Source: Geosiphon pyriformis uo1 (lineage: Eukaryota > Fungi > Glomeromycota). From it: DNA of 64,000 nucleotides. The number at the start of each line of letters is the position of its first letter. Positions within the stretch are counted from its first letter, which is position 1. Positions 38,706 to 53,179 of this stretch are shown one piece after another. A program made the translations under genes and the position numbers. The stretch spans positions 62,001-126,000 of the forward strand of contig JAAOMT010000697.1 of NCBI GenBank assembly GCA_016748015.1, read 5' to 3'. Below the pieces are notes generated by a model that was not told the origin of the DNA, did not search any database, and saw only the letters and a list, made by a program, of their open reading frames with translations.

Positions 38706-40072
38706 CTACATTTTGATAATAATAATTGGTTTCAGATCTCATGGTATATCTTCTGGTCTAATTAATAGAATTTGTGTTTCTAGTTGATGTACTGATGACA
38801 ATAATTGTTGTTTTACATGATAAATTTTTAATTAATTTCCATGAGCTACTTTCTTTAAAATTCTGTCTTCCAATCATAATTTGTAAGCTCTATTTTTTAA
38901 AGCTTCATAAATGTGGAATGGGCCATCCCACTTTGGGTCAAACTTTCCACTCCATTGTTTCTCTGTTTTTGTACAATATAACAGTACTTGGTCTTCAATC
39001 TTAAATTCCATTGATTGTTTAAGTAGGCAATCATCATGTCTTTCTTTTTGTCATTCTTGAGCATTACTGATATTGTCAACTGCTGTTCTATGATTGTTTT
39101 CTAATGTTTCTATTAGCTGGTACATTTTTTGGCATAAAATAGCTTCAAAATTTTTTTTATTGATAGTTTCTGTTGGGTAGGATGCTATTTTTCATTCAAT
39201 AAGTAGCATTGCTTTTTTTCCATAAACTAATTCAAATGGTATAAACTGTGTCATATTTTGCTTTAATGTTTGATATGCAAAGAGTACTGAAGATATAAAT
39301 AAGTCCCATTTTTGTTTGTTTTCATAACTTATTTTTGCTAATGCTTTACATAATGTCCTGTTAAATCATTCTACTAGACCATTTGTTTATGGGTAATATG
39401 ATGATGATAGAGGTTGTTTTATATTAAATTGTTGACACAATTCAGTTAACATAGTATTGACAAAATGTATTCTTTGGTCTGATAACAATTTTTTCAGACA
39501 TTCATGTCTGCATATTAGATCTTGGTATATAAATTCAGCTACTGTTTTGACATTAGCTACTTGGATTGCTTTGGCTTTTGGCTATTTTGTAAGATAGTCT
39601 ACAGCTATTACAATGTAACAATTTTCTTTGGATGTAATTAAGAGAAGACCAACCAAATCAATTCCAATTCTATCAAATAGATTTCTAACTAGAATAGGTT
39701 AAAGTAGTTCTGTTATTCTGGCTTCTCTTTTTTGCTGGCATGAGTCACAATTGAGAATATACTTGAAAATATTCTTATACATCATAGGCCAATAGTATAA
39801 ATTTGTTGTTCTTTCCAAAATCATGTCTTTGTTGAAGTGTTCTGCAGTTGGGTCAAAATGCATACTATATAATATAGCTTTTTTTTCACTGTTCTTGATC
39901 AATCATTGTGGAGTGGTGTGGTTTTGTTATATTGATAATAGAGTTAGTCATTTTAAATAAAGTAATTTCACGCTTATTTCTATATGATATTTTGTTTCTG
40001 TTGAGATAAAATCTTCTTGAAATGTAGTATCAATAGGTACTAATATAATTGCTGAAAAGTAAGTGTGTTCAT
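38706..40072 (-). pseudogene. Integrase, separate ORF, family B
   Basis: MNTLTFQQLY..YL start; MHFDPTAEHF...CDSCQ; GIDLVG; NGLVE; ends IIIIKM*. Confidence 0.88.
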
Positions 40073-40082
40073 GAGTCCAAGA

Positions 40083-43000
40083 TTAGGTTTGTAGCATCCT
40101 TGACAAGCTGTCAGTATTGGTGTTTTTAAATCCTTCTTTGTAATGAACTTTGAGTGAAAATTGTTGTAGATAAGTACTCCATCTTGCATATTTTTCTTCC
40201 AGCTGTAGATTATTGAGTAACCAAATGAGTCCCTTATAATTGGCATATAGGTCAAATAATTGCTTAAAATAGTGTTTCCATGTTTGTATGGTCCAATAAA
40301 TGGCAAAGCATTCCAAATCCATTGTATTATATATTTTTTCTGCTGGGCTAGTACTACAACTGGCATAGGCAATTAGATGTTCTCTTCTGTCTGGTTTTAT
40401 TTGTAATAATACAGCTCCTAGTGCATTTTTTGATGCATCTGTAGTAACAATGAACCATTTGGTGAAGTTGGAATAAATCAGTATTGGAGATGTGATTAAT
40501 CACTGTTTAAGATAGTCAAAGGCCTTTTGTTGTTCTTTTTTTTACAGGTACAGCACATATTTGGACAACAAGAGATAAAGAGGTTTTGTGATAGTTGAGA
40601 ATCCTTTGATGAATTGGCAGTAGTATTTAGCCAATCCTAAAAATCTTCGTAGCTCTCATAGGTTAATTGGGACTGAAAAATTTTTGATTTTTTTGATTTT
40701 GTCTGAGTTGAGTTTTACTCTGTCTTTGCCAATCACATGTCCTAAGAATTTCAGTTCAGTTTTCCCAAAGAAGCATTTATCAGAGTTGAGTTTCAATCTG
40801 ACATTTTGAAGGCATTCAAAGACTTGTTGCAGGTAAAGCAAATGTTCATCAAATGTTTCCAAGAAAACATTGGTGTTGTTCAAGTATACTATGACTGATT
40901 TTTACAAAATTCCTTTATACACAACATCTATAAGATGTTGGAAAGTAGTGGGAGCATTGCACAGTCCAAAAAACATTACATTGAATTCAAAATTTCTATC
41001 TCAGGTGGTAAATGCTGTTTTCTTTTTGTTTTTTAGGTCTATTTCGACTTGTCAATATCTACTGGCTAGATCTAGGAACAAAAACCATTTCTTTTTTCCT
41101 AAGTTGTCTAGGATTTTTGGATAAGAAAAATGGGATAGCTATCTCCTCAGGTAATGTTATTTAATTTCTGGTAATCCACACAGAATTGTACTTTTCTGTT
41201 CTTCTTTGTAATTAAGACTACTGGAAAGGACTAAGGGCTTAATGATTCTTTAATCAGTCTGTTGTTAAGCATTCATTGTACTTCCTGTTTAATCAGATTA
41301 TCACCAGATGAGGGTATTTGGTAAGCTTGCTGCTTAATAGGTTAAGCATCTCCAGTGTCAATCTGGTGTTTCACAATGTTGGTGTGTTTGAACTCGTTTT
41401 TGCTGACAAAGACATCAGCATATTGGTTTAATAGAATCTTAAGTTGTATTTGCTGTAAAGTGCTTAAGTTTCCCAAATTGAGTTTATTGATTTCTTTTGG
41501 TGTGAATAAGTAACTTTTCTTTGGCAGATTCTATACTTGTGAGGTAATATCACAGAACAAGAACAATTGAGCAAAATCTGAAATAGACTGGGGTTTTTCT
41601 GAATTCTGAATATCTGAAGATATGGAACCAATGAGGGTTTTTTCAGAAATTTTGATAACATTTTCAATCAGATTGTGGATGGGAATTTTAAAATGTTTAT
41701 AAGCTTTGATTGGTAAGTACAGGTTAGCAACATTAACTAACGAGCAGATCTCAGGATTGGCCTCAAAGACTAGTGCTTGGTTCTGAATCCTTCAGTCGAC
41801 CTTGAAAATGTACTGTCAATAAGAAGGAATGAAAATAATGGTGTCAGTGTAAATAAGATCTATCTGGTTACTACTCTTCTCCATAAAATTGACCATTACA
41901 TTTTTTTTTCCACTTAAGCCAAACCCATTGATTCCTTAGGCAGTAAGGCCTAATTCTTCTTAAGTGGTAACTGGAACTAGTTGGGGTATTTTAACTAAAA
42001 GTAGGAAGATGGCTTGGGTGATCTTTTCATGGAATTTGATTTTATAGGGCTTGTCTGAATTGTTCTGTAGCATTATGATGATGTTTCCCATATATCCAGC
42101 ATCAATAATTCCTCTTTTTACATCAATTTTTTTCTTTGCAAGGCTTGATTTAGATGCTACTTGTACCATGGTGCTAACAGGAATTTCTAATACTATTTTG
42201 AAATCTATTTTTACCAGAGAATATGGTGCCATAACTATGGGTGATTGTCCAGGGTATCTTAAGTTAAAACCTGTATTGGTCTCATGTGTTTTTTCTGGGC
42301 ATATTCTTTCATTGTTGTTACTATACTATTTTAATTCTAATTCTTTAGTAAGGTCAGAATATGCGAGGTATTGTTCTATTTTGGTAATCTAATTTGGCTT
42401 TTAAAATAACATGTCTCTGGCAAGTAATTCTTCTTCTTTCTTGGGCTCAGGTAATTTGGTGATTGGGTATAGGATTCTGGGAGACAGATTGAACATAAAA
42501 TCACATTCATTACAATATTAGAAGTAGCAAGGAATTAAGCAATGATTGCATAGTTTGGTATTTAGATCAACTAGCCACTGTTTTTGCTCTTCTTGGGTTG
42601 GGACCAATTCTTAATATTGGTTCTGAAATGCATTGGGGTCATCTGTGACAAAATCATCCATGAGGTAGTCAGGTTTATTATATTCAGGTATTCAAAGGTT
42701 GTTCTTAATTTCTCATATTTCTTCGGGCATAGTGCTTTCGGCTTTAGTGCTTGTTATTCTTCAGATTTTGTAATCATCATGTGGATAACTGTCCAGCCTA
42801 TTGAGTGCTTGTTTCCAAGTGTCTTTAATGAGGGTTTCCTTTCATACTCAATCATTGATTAATATGATGTACTGACAAGTCTTGTCACATGTTTCTTTTT
42901 TACTAGGCACATTATTCTAAAGTCCTTCATTGGGCAGAATCTTGTTACATGTGAAACATGGCATGTTGTCTCACTTGTCTTGTTATTTTGGTTGTCCAAA

Positions 43001-45873
43001 TATTTTCAGTAAACAAAATCTGCAGTAGTATTTGGTAGCAGTGGACCATTCTTTGTTGTCTCTGATACATGTGCCTATAATAGATAGCTTCTTTTCACAA
43101 TCGACACATATTAGTCTTGGAGATTGGTAAAATAGATTTTTTTGGTCCAAGGTTACATATCCTAGTGATAACAATTGGGATTCTTCTTCAGCTCTGTCTT
43201 TTCCTTTTTTTTTCAGGTTGGTGATAGGGGTAGTTCAGTTCAATAATTGTCTGCTCATAAAACCTAATAGATCTTAATAGTTGGTAGTAGTGATGTGTCT
43301 TCAAATTCAATAAGGGGTTTCTTGATATGTTGGGTTTTAAAGTGTCCACACATAGCTGGGACTCAGACATGCTGTCTGTTGAATGTAAGTTAAAGTTTTT
43401 GGGTATTTTAGTCAAGGGTAGCATTGGTTTTTAACAACTAATCATTTTCTACTAAAGCTTGATATTGAGTAGCTTCCATAACAAGTACTTTGGTAGGAAT
43501 CTGGATTCCATTAATCTTGAAGAGAAAGTTTTTAATTTCTCCTATTGGGGTTTTTGTGTTTCCATTCGCTGTAATAATTTGGACAGTAGTAGTATAGTCT
43601 ACTCAGTAACTTAGTTGGTCTATAAGCTGCTTTGTAATTATGCTACTGGCTGATCTGCTATTCAGGATTAATTTAATGTCTATTCCTTCAACTCTGACAT
43701 CAGTATATAGGGCCATTATTGGTTTATCCTGATTGATGACTGCTCCACTAAAAAGGCTATGAGTGTTCAAATTATTGATGTCAAAAAGAAATATGGTGGC
43801 TAGAGTGGTGTTCTTGGTAATAGTAGCTGGTAGGATATTGCTTTTTGTTTGCTTAAAAGGTTGGGAGATTTGTTCTACATCCCTTCTTTCCATAGGTGTA
43901 GATTTATTAAAATCCTGGTTTTCCATGAAACTGAAATAGGAAACTTGATTCAAGTATCCAGTTAGTGCTAGTTGAAATTAGGCAGGACTATGAGGAATTG
44001 GTTAAGATGGTCTACTATTGGTTTGCACCTGATTGTTGTTGGAATTCTTCTATCCCTGATTATAGTCTATGGCTTGAGGTCTGGGCTGGCTGTAAGGGGG
44101 AATTTGATAGTAAGAGATTGCTTGTGTTATTGGTGATAGTTAATAATAATTCCAGGACAGTGGTTGAGTGTATGAGACTTGTTGTGCATACTAAGATAGT
44201 TGATTTTGAGGTATAGAATATTGGGATACCATGTTTTGCTGATATCTTGGTTGCTGGTATTGGTTTCTTTGATTTTGGTCCATTATCTTCTTTCTGCAGT
44301 CACAAACAATGTATTCAGGTTTCTGGCAGTAGTAACAGTTGTAAAAATTGGATCTCCAAGATTGTTGCTGTTGCTAATGGTTCTGTTACTATGAGTATCT
44401 GCTGTTGTTGTTATTTTCTCTTCATTGTGGTGGTTGGTAAGTTCCTGTGGTTCTGGCTAAGAATCCCTCAATTTTCTGAGTTAATTTTTCACTTAATTGG
44501 ATTATCTTTGTGTTAATGTTAGAGGTTTTATTGATGGCTAAATTTACAGCTTGGATATGGTTCATTTCTTGTTCTGCAGATTCAAAATTGTGAGCAAGAA
44601 TGACTACTTCTTGTAGGTTTGTTGGATGGCGAGGTCATACAAATCTTAGGAGGCTGCTCCTTAGTCCTTTAATGAATTGATTGAGAACTTGCATGGTGGT
44701 ATAATAATTTTGCTCAATAGCTAGGATTTGTTGAAAAACTTGATTAAATCTTCCAAGATAAGTAGTTACTACTTCATGGTCATTTTGTTTTATTATACTG
44801 AATTGATTTTGCAATTAGATGAGTGTATTAAAGTCACAGAAGTATTGCAGAAATGCGAGTTTAAACTCTGTAAAGGAGGTAGGTTTCTCTGCAAGGCTCT
44901 GGTATTATGAATTGGCAGTTCCAGTCAGAAAGAACAGCAGTGTCTGAATTGTGTGGTCATTGTTTCAACCATTAGTGATAATTGTTTTCTTGGCATCTGC
45001 AATCCAAGAATATGCATTATCTTCTTCACCAGAGAATTTCTCCAATTTAATGATATTCCAGTAAGTCATGATCTAGTTAATGGGTAAGGTATTACTGGTT
45101 ACATTTAAGAAGATTGGTGTTCATGTATTCAAGTGTTTTCTGGATGCTAATGCTAGTTGTTTTCTTTTGTTGCTTGAGCCAATAGATTGTAAGATAGCTG
45201 TTCCTTCTATTAAGAGAGATGCTAATTTTGCTGGGTTTTGTGCTGGTAGTTGTTTCCAAGTTGACATGTTTTCTTCTATTTGACTGGCTGTTGGGATATG
45301 ATTTCCAAACTGTACTCCATATTCTCCTAGTGATTTGGTTCAACTTTGTTGACCCCAAAGGTGTGGATTTCTAGAAGTTTGTGGTGTTTTTAACTGGATT
45401 TCTGGGAGTGGATTGAATACAATTCTACTTTGGAGTGTTTGATGATATGATGGAGTTGTTGGGGAGAGGAATCTTGGTTTCTTGTTGACTGTAGACTTGT
45501 CTTGAGCAGTTATAGAATTATTGGATCCATACTCATATTCTTTTGGATCAGATTCTACTGGTTGTTGTACTTGAAGGAATTGTTTTGTTATATAGTGTTT
45601 AATGTTCATATTAACTATGTATAGAGTTTCAACAATTGCTCGAGTAGTGGTAGTTGTTGAGTATCCTAGTAAGCTTTGATGGATTTGTTCTCCAAATCTT
45701 CCTGTATCAGTTGCATGGCCTAACAAGCAGTTGATTTTTGTATTGATATAATTGCAAAAATCACTTTCTGTGATGGTGGTTTCTGTTGATATTCCTAGAT
45801 CTTTTCGAAAGTATTAAAATAATGCTCTTTTGTACAAGAAGTGGATCTTTCCTATTGTTTCAATAGTCACCAC
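40083..45873 (-). pseudogene. Gag-PR-Cys-rich-dUTPase-RT-RH polyprotein, family B
   Basis: Fragments in the ORF track (45340-45726, 43603-43953, 42983-43174, 41960-42232, 40656-40883, 40083-40322) follow the same order as copy A. Confidence 0.88.
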
Positions 45874-45934
45874 TTTTGTGTATCTCTGGGGTGCTCTGTC
45901 TCTATGGATTTATAACCTTATAGGGAGCACCAAA

Positions 45935-46860
45935 TATTATGAGTAAACTTGATGGAGTATAGTGATAATATTTGGTGCTCTATTTTTTTGTCTTTCAAGG
46001 TCATCTGTTTTTTCTGCAATGTCAATATTATCAGTTTCTGAAGGTCTATTTCTGAATGTAAATCATTCATTGAGTTCTTTGGTTATAAGACACAAAGTTT
46101 GTTTTTTGTTGATTGCAACATTTTCTGTAATTGTAAGCTTTTTTCTCCACACTAATGAGTGCAGTTATTAAAGTCCAGTGTTGTCTTTTTGCTCTTCTGA
46201 TAAGCTACCAAGATAACATTAATATCCAAAACTTAGGGGGAGCTTCTCTCTTTTACCAGATTATCATGAAGTTTATTCTAAGACAGTCAATTTTTTCTAT
46301 GTTGCTGCTCCCAAAAAAAAAAGAAAAAAAGAAAAAAAAAGAATTAGTTCCTGTCAATTGCCATGATCAAGAGCAATTGGTCCAAATTATTAAAGATTCG
46401 AGATGTTTATGCTAATAGCATCTGTCCCAGAACAAAGGTTGAAAATACTGATTTTAATTTCAATTAAAATCTGCAAGATTGAAAAACATGAATTGGTAAA
46501 TTGGATTTTGTGTTTTTAATAATTATTGTATTTCAGACTATGGATATCTGATAAGTAGAATACAAAGTAAAATTTATTTCTCACTAATTGACTAACTAAC
46601 TTTTCAACTTCTACAACTACTTGTTTTTATACATTCTTTTGGTTTTACAGGATTGCTTTCAATTGTTAGCTATTGCTCATTATTGTTAGCTATTGCTTGT
46701 TATTGCTAGCTATTGCTCATGTTTATTAGTTATTGCTCATTATTACTAGCTATTGCTCGTGTTTGTCCTGTGTTACTTTAAGTTGTACTGTGTTTTTCTT
46801 GTCATGTTTCTTTGTCACGTTTTTCCATAGCTTTTTTTTGGTTTTTCTACTTGGGTAACA
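45935..46860 (-). repeat. 5' LTR of family B copy
   Basis: Begins tgttacccaag (minus) at 46860; gctattg(c/t)t array at 46655-46760. Confidence 0.94.
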
Positions 46861-47763
46861 ATGATTATTGAATTTATTAAATTTTTGTTTGGCTCTTAAA
46901 AAAGTTTTGGTTCTTTGGAAGAAAGCATAAGTCTTAATAATCTCCAAGCTATACAATTAGAATAATGTTTTAACAAATATGTGGTTTATTGTATTAATTA
47001 AGATGGCTAAAAAAATTTTATTTAAGATTCTGTCAAATCATATTTTGTCTGCTTGTACCAAATATAATATTCTTTAAAGTAACAATTTTTTAGTTTTAAA
47101 AAGCACTTCAATTCAATTTTTTGTGTTTACAGTTAGATCAATAATAGAAGATACTTTGAAAAAAAGCCAAAAAGTTTGGCTGATTTTACAAGACATATAA
47201 TTTAGTCAGATAGTGTTATTTAAAATTTAATTTAAAGCATATTAGAATGTATAATAAGTTTATTAAGTTTTTTAAAAACATATACATAAACAAAATCAAT
47301 AAAATAATAACCAATTTTGAACTTTCAAATAGTTATAAAATACAAAATAAGCTAAATCAAAACAAAGTATTCTTACTACTCTTATAAAAAATCTTTTATG
47401 ATTTCTTATTATATAAAATTAAAAGACAGAAATATTTGTGTAAATACAGAATTAATATAAATTTTGTAGTAAAAACAAACAGAATAAAAGTCGGTGGAAG
47501 TAAATCTTTATTCTTTATAGCTAATGCATTTATTAATAATATGATTTAGATAAAGAATAGTTAAATTTCAACACAGTATATTTTAAATATTGCTAGTAAG
47601 TTTTTTGAGATTAATAATATTTCTATTAACAATAACAAAACTGTGGTAATTTTTATTAATTAGAGAGTTGTGAATACTTTATTGTGCATTTGTAATCAGC
47701 CAATTTCTATAGTCAAACATGATAAATCTTATAAATATTTGGATATCTTTTTGTTAATAGAAG

Positions 47764-47958
47764 ACATATTTAAGTTTACATTCAAATATTAAGTTTTTTT
47801 TAATTTGGTTTTCAAAAAAACATGTTTAAGTTCAGCTTTACCAAAACACATTTAAATATTAAGTTTTTTTTTAATTTGGTTTTCAAAAAAACATGTTTAA
47901 GTCTAGTTTTAACAAAACACATTTAGATATTAGGTTTTTTTTAATTTGGTTTTTAAGA
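47764..47958 (+). repeat. Local tandem duplication (~68 bp, about 3 copies) in L2 ORF2
   Basis: acattyaaatattaagttttttt-aatttggttttcaaaaaaa occurs three times; single in L1 (~25430). Confidence 0.85.
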
Positions 47959-50149
47959 AGGCATTGTCAGATAAATAATTTTTCTATCTGGTTTTAATAG
48001 TTTTGCAGTCTATTATTAGTTATTAGACACAGTTCAGTTTTATATCTAAAAGTATGTACCAGAAATAAGACATTATGCTAAAAAAAAAGTTTAAGTCTAA
48101 GACTAATCTGCCAAAAAATTTTTTTAATAAAACTTTATACCACTTATTTTTTTATAAATTAGAAACTTTTAAACAAATACAGACAAAAAGCAAAATTGTA
48201 TTACTAATTGCATTTTTTAATGCATTTAAAGTTTTTGGATAGTTGTTTGAATATTGTTTTCTGAACTTAGAAGTTTTGGGATAAACATTAATGAATTTTT
48301 TAAAGTACTCTGTTAAACTAAAAGTTAGTTCTGTAAACAAATTTTTGGCAAGTATTGTAAAATTTTTTTTGAATAACAAGATTTTTTTGACCAACATTTT
48401 GTTCAATATATTCTGTAGTTTTGATTACTTTTCAATATTAAAAATTCTAATAAACTTTTTTTATTTTAATGTAGTTTATTTTTTAAAGCATTATAGTATT
48501 GTTTTTAGTAACAGATTATTAGATAAACATAAATTAGTAATAAATTAAAAGACTTTTTATTACTGAAAAAAATCAAGTTTTAAGGATTTAGTACTATTGT
48601 AATTTGAAAAAGTTTCAATTTACATAAATGGTTATCTTATTGGTTTTAGTGAAATTGTTTTTGTTTTTGATTAAACAGATTTTTTTTGTTTAAATAAATT
48701 TTTAAATATTTGGAAGCATTTATACAAATTGTAAACAGATGTTTTTAATGTTTACACAAATGGTTTTTTAAAGTAATTGGGTACTACAAAAGTTATTAAT
48801 GAGATAACAGCTTATTTTTCTGATATTAAAATAAACATAGACATTAAGGTATATGGATTGCTGTCTTCTATAATATTAGAACTTTAGGCAATTACTTTGG
48901 TATTAGAGTATATTCTTTTATTCTGCTTAGTAATAGTATATACAAACACTTAAGCAGTCTTAAATACATGTATTTTAAAACTTTAGTTTTATCTACTGAA
49001 CTTTTAAAATAGATATTAGATAAAAAAATATTATATAATTAATTTAATTAGATCTAAAAATATTTCTGTTAAGTAAATAAAGATCAAAAGTCATTTAAAA
49101 GATGCTAATAATAACAAAACTAATATTTTTGTATGTAAAGCAACACATTCTGGCTTTGTTTTTTTTAAAAAAATTCATAAAAAATTTATTGTAACTAACA
49201 ATTGGATTGTATCAAAAAATGCTTATCATTTTGTTTGGAATATTTATTAGACTATTTATTATGCTTAATAAAAAGCTGGTTCAGATATAAAAGTTATAAA
49301 TAAGACAATAATTAAAAACATAGATTAGGTTAGTACTGTTACAGTTTGGCATCTAAACTTCCATATGCTTTTGGAGTTTATAAACAAAACTTTAACTGCT
49401 TTTTGCATATACTTAATGAAAACAGTTTATAAAAAACTGCCAATTGCTGTTAAAAAAAGACTTTATAATAAAGATTACTTAAAAGTATTATGCTTAATGT
49501 GTAGTAATATCAAAGTGTCTAATTATATGTTTACTTGTTCAAAAAAAGCCATTATATATTTTGAAATTTTGCTGAACCATATTAATTTGTAAAAAATTTT
49601 GGTAAATAGTTGTTTTTTATTATTATTTTTAGTATTATATACTCTATTTTTAAAAATATTAGATATTAGTATTTATGCAATTTTGTATAAAAGTTTTATT
49701 TTTAAAAACTGAACTGATAAGACAATTTTGGTCTTTGGCAATAAAAAAAACTGTATTAGTAGTAGTTAACTTTACTTACTGTTTGGCTAAAAAGCATTAA
49801 AATAAATTATAATTGTTTAAAACAAAGTTTAGAATAGACATAAAAAAATAGTTTAGTTAATAACATAAAAGTAATATCTGCTGTTTTTTGTGATAGATCT
49901 AATTGTTTGTTAGTAAAATTTGTTTGTTTGTTTGAATAATTGAATTGTTTGTTATTAGTTTTAATTTATATAAGACATGTTTTTTTTTTTAGATATTTGT
50001 AATAATGTAAATATATATATAAATGTATAGTATAACTTTAATTAATTTGAATAACTGGTTATATATAGTAAACATGTAAATTATATTTAGTTAAACTTAC
50101 TTAGTTTGTTTCTATATATAAGATAGTAATTGAACCACACTTATTAAAT

Positions 50150-51929
50150 AATAATATATAATTAAATATTATTATTTAATTACTAATTTAATTTATATAA
50201 TATATAAATATAACTAAAACATAATAATTAGATTATATAATATTTTAAATTATATAATATTTAAGAATTACCAAAATATTTAATAGTTTACCAGAATAAT
50301 TAAAAATTTGCTAAAATAATTTATAGTTTACCAAAATATATATTTAATTTATTAAAATATTAAAAAAAGAAAAAAGTTAAATTATAAAAAAATATTATAA
50401 GTTATATAAAAAAAAGATTTTATTTTACAATTAAAAATTTAAAACAATAATCAATTAGTTACTATAAATTAATAAAATAAATTTATATTTTAAAAATCTA
50501 AATTTTTTTATAATTATTATTGTTTTAAAAATTTACAATTTTTAATTATATTTTTTTTTCTAATTTTATTTTTTTTATATTATTAAATAGCTTATAGTTA
50601 AGATTTTTATATAAAAATTGACTTTTATAATAATAAAACTATATATTATTAAAGAAGTTATAGTTAAAAATTTTTGTAAAAAAGTTAATTTTTATTATAC
50701 AAAATAATTAGCATATAACTAGTTATTTTATTATAAACTTAATAACATAAATAGTTTAAAGTATAAAAAAATATTTTGAAAATAAATTAACTTAATAAAA
50801 ATTTAATTGTTTTTATTAAATAACAGAATTAACAACAAATTTAACATTAATAACATTAAAAAAAGAGTAAAAAAATTTCAAATAACAATATCTGTTTTTG
50901 TTTATTAATTAGTTTTAATAAATAAAAACAATATTAAATTTTTTTTGTTAATTAAAAAATGATTATTATCTTTTATAATTTTTTACTGTTTTTAAAATTA
51001 GTAATTTGGTTTCTTAAATTGGTAATTATATTTGTTTTGTTTTTTATTTTATTAATTTTGTTTAATATTTACAATATTTTATTATTATTTTTGGTTTATT
51101 ATTAAAATTAATACTTTGAAAAAATATTATATTTAATAAAAAATATTTTATTATTAATATTGTTTAAATTATTTGATTACAAATTGCAAAATAGTTTTAT
51201 TTTTTTTCTAAATTATTATTTAAACTTATAAGTAATTTTAAATTTTTTAAATATTATTTTATTAATAATAAGTTTTATATTAAAAATTTTGTTTTATTGG
51301 TTTTTTTTGTTATTGTTATAAATTTTTTATTTAGTTTTTAAATTAACTGTATTGGATTTTTTAATTAAATTTGTTGTTAAACTTATTACTATTTTAATTA
51401 TTTTGTTTATTAAATTGTTTAGTGCTTTTTTTGTTTTGTATATTGAATTAAAAAAAAAGTTTCTTATAATTTAAAAAATATTATTATTTTAATGATAAAT
51501 TAAACAAAATAAATATAGAGATTGGTAAGATTAAATTAACTATAATATTAATAACAATAAAAATATAAAATTATTTAGTAGTAAATTAATAAAAAAATAT
51601 CTCTGTATTATATAAATTTGCTATAGCTGCTGGTAAATAATTTTCCAATCTAATATTTGCATTTAATTATATAATAATTTTTTGAAATTTTCACTTTTTT
51701 AAAATTAAGTTAAATATTAATATTATTATTAAATAAATAAATAATATAATAAAAAATAATTGTATTTAATTATGTATATATGTAAAATATTTGTTTAAAA
51801 TAAGTTTTTTTTATTAATTTATTATAGTTTAGTTTTAATTGAATTTATATATCTGATTATATATAAAAAGTACATAAATTATACTTAATTTAAAATTTTT
51901 AGTAAATTATATTATATTAAGTAATAATT
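50150..51929. other. Extremely AT-rich, unidentifiable relic DNA
   Basis: Very few C/G, no ORF, no boundaries recognised. Confidence 0.6.
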
Positions 51930-51945
51930 AAATTTTATATGTTAA

Positions 51946-53179
51946 TTATTTTTTTTTATTTTTTATTTTAACAAGTGAGGTCCAAATACGACCTAGTGCT
52001 ATACATCATACAAATAATCTAAATTAGGTGCGAATCATGTGCTTTTTATATGTGACCAGCCACTCGGGCCAGTCAGAACTACACTATACACCTATATGCA
52101 CAGAAACCAAATCTCCAATACCTGAAAAAAATGAACAAAACTTATAAAACCCGAAACCAACTCCAAAAGCCTCAGCCACCTCCAGCAATCTAACCACACC
52201 AGCCAAAAACACCATAGGCAAACCAGAAACAGAAGCAGGGGTGGAACTATCATGTGGAATCAAATCGTGCTTTTCCATAAATGCTTGGTGTCTGGTGTGG
52301 ACCAATCAAATATTATTCCGAAATGCAAGACAGAACTCACACACAAAGCTTACAATCTTTTTAGTACCCTTCTTAGAATCTTTAAAAACCAAGACTGACT
52401 CATGAAACCATTTATCGAAGACAAAGCCTTTACACAGAGCAACACCAACTCCAATTTCAGAAACACAAGAAGCCAAGGCCTGTAAGACACATGAAGAAGA
52501 GCAAGATAGACCAGAAAGAGCCTCCCAAGCTAAAGCATAAGTGCCCAACAAATGAACACGGCCAACGGCATCTTAAGAACATGAAAAAACATGATCCGAA
52601 ATCTCAACATCACTACAGAACAGACAGACCACATTGGGGTATCTCCTATCATATAAACGCTTGTGCACAGCAACAGGAAGCCGATGATGAAGAGCCTTCA
52701 TAAAGTAAGTACAACAGCCCACCATGTGCATGTTGGTAAAACTGGATGCCAAGTGAGAATTGGGGTGCCACACCATAGAAGACTTAGACCAATTGATATC
52801 AGCACGCAAACTATCATCCACAACATAAGAACCTACTCCAACCTCCCAACAAGCTCGATGAACTAACTGGAAAACATCACAAACAAAGTATCTAGAATTA
52901 CCAAAAACTACCGTACTACCAGCACATAGAAAATGTTCACTGACTAAATGAGGTAGGTGCCAAGCAGAGAAAGCAGGATCTTTGGCAAGCGCATTAGCAC
53001 GCTCATTGCCTGAGACACCTGAATGACCTTTCACCTTAACCCAATTTACATCCAAATTTTTTTGACAAATGATGGTCACAATGTGATGGCACTTGATCCA
53101 ACAGTGGTTTCTGAAATCTGGATAAACCAGCAAAGACTTCGACCTACATGCATCCAAAGCAGCTTGGCTATCCGAAAAC
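51946..53179 (-). mobile_element. Younger 5'-truncated LINE (RNase H, C-terminal domain, 3'UTR, poly(A))
   Basis: FSDSQAAL...WVKVKGHSGVSGNERANALA (RNase H) and CLFC..E...H.F.C; poly(T) at 51948-51969; 16-bp TSD aaattttatatgttaa at 51930-51945 and 53180-53195. Confidence 0.94.

Larger units (their letters stand above)
36960..46860 (-). mobile_element. Full-length Ty3/Gypsy LTR retrotransposon, family B (decayed)
   Basis: LTRs at 36960-37872 and 45935-46860; PBS at 45916-45932; PPT aaaaagagagaga next to 37872; TSD atgg/atga; gag, PR (LILNSRS from LILDSGS), dUTPase (GIIDAGYMG), RT, RH, IN. Confidence 0.95.
20000..50150 (+). mobile_element. LINE copy L2 (ORF1 + APE-RT-RNase H ORF2), host of five nested insertions
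   Basis: 5'UTR ~20000-20124; ORF1 resumes at 28640; ORF2 pieces at ~31090-32018, 35254-35303, 36280-36959 and 46861-50030 (degenerate AFVDD motif ~47525, RNase H VYTNG ~48750); 3'UTR and tail to ~50150. Colinear with L1. Confidence 0.85.
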
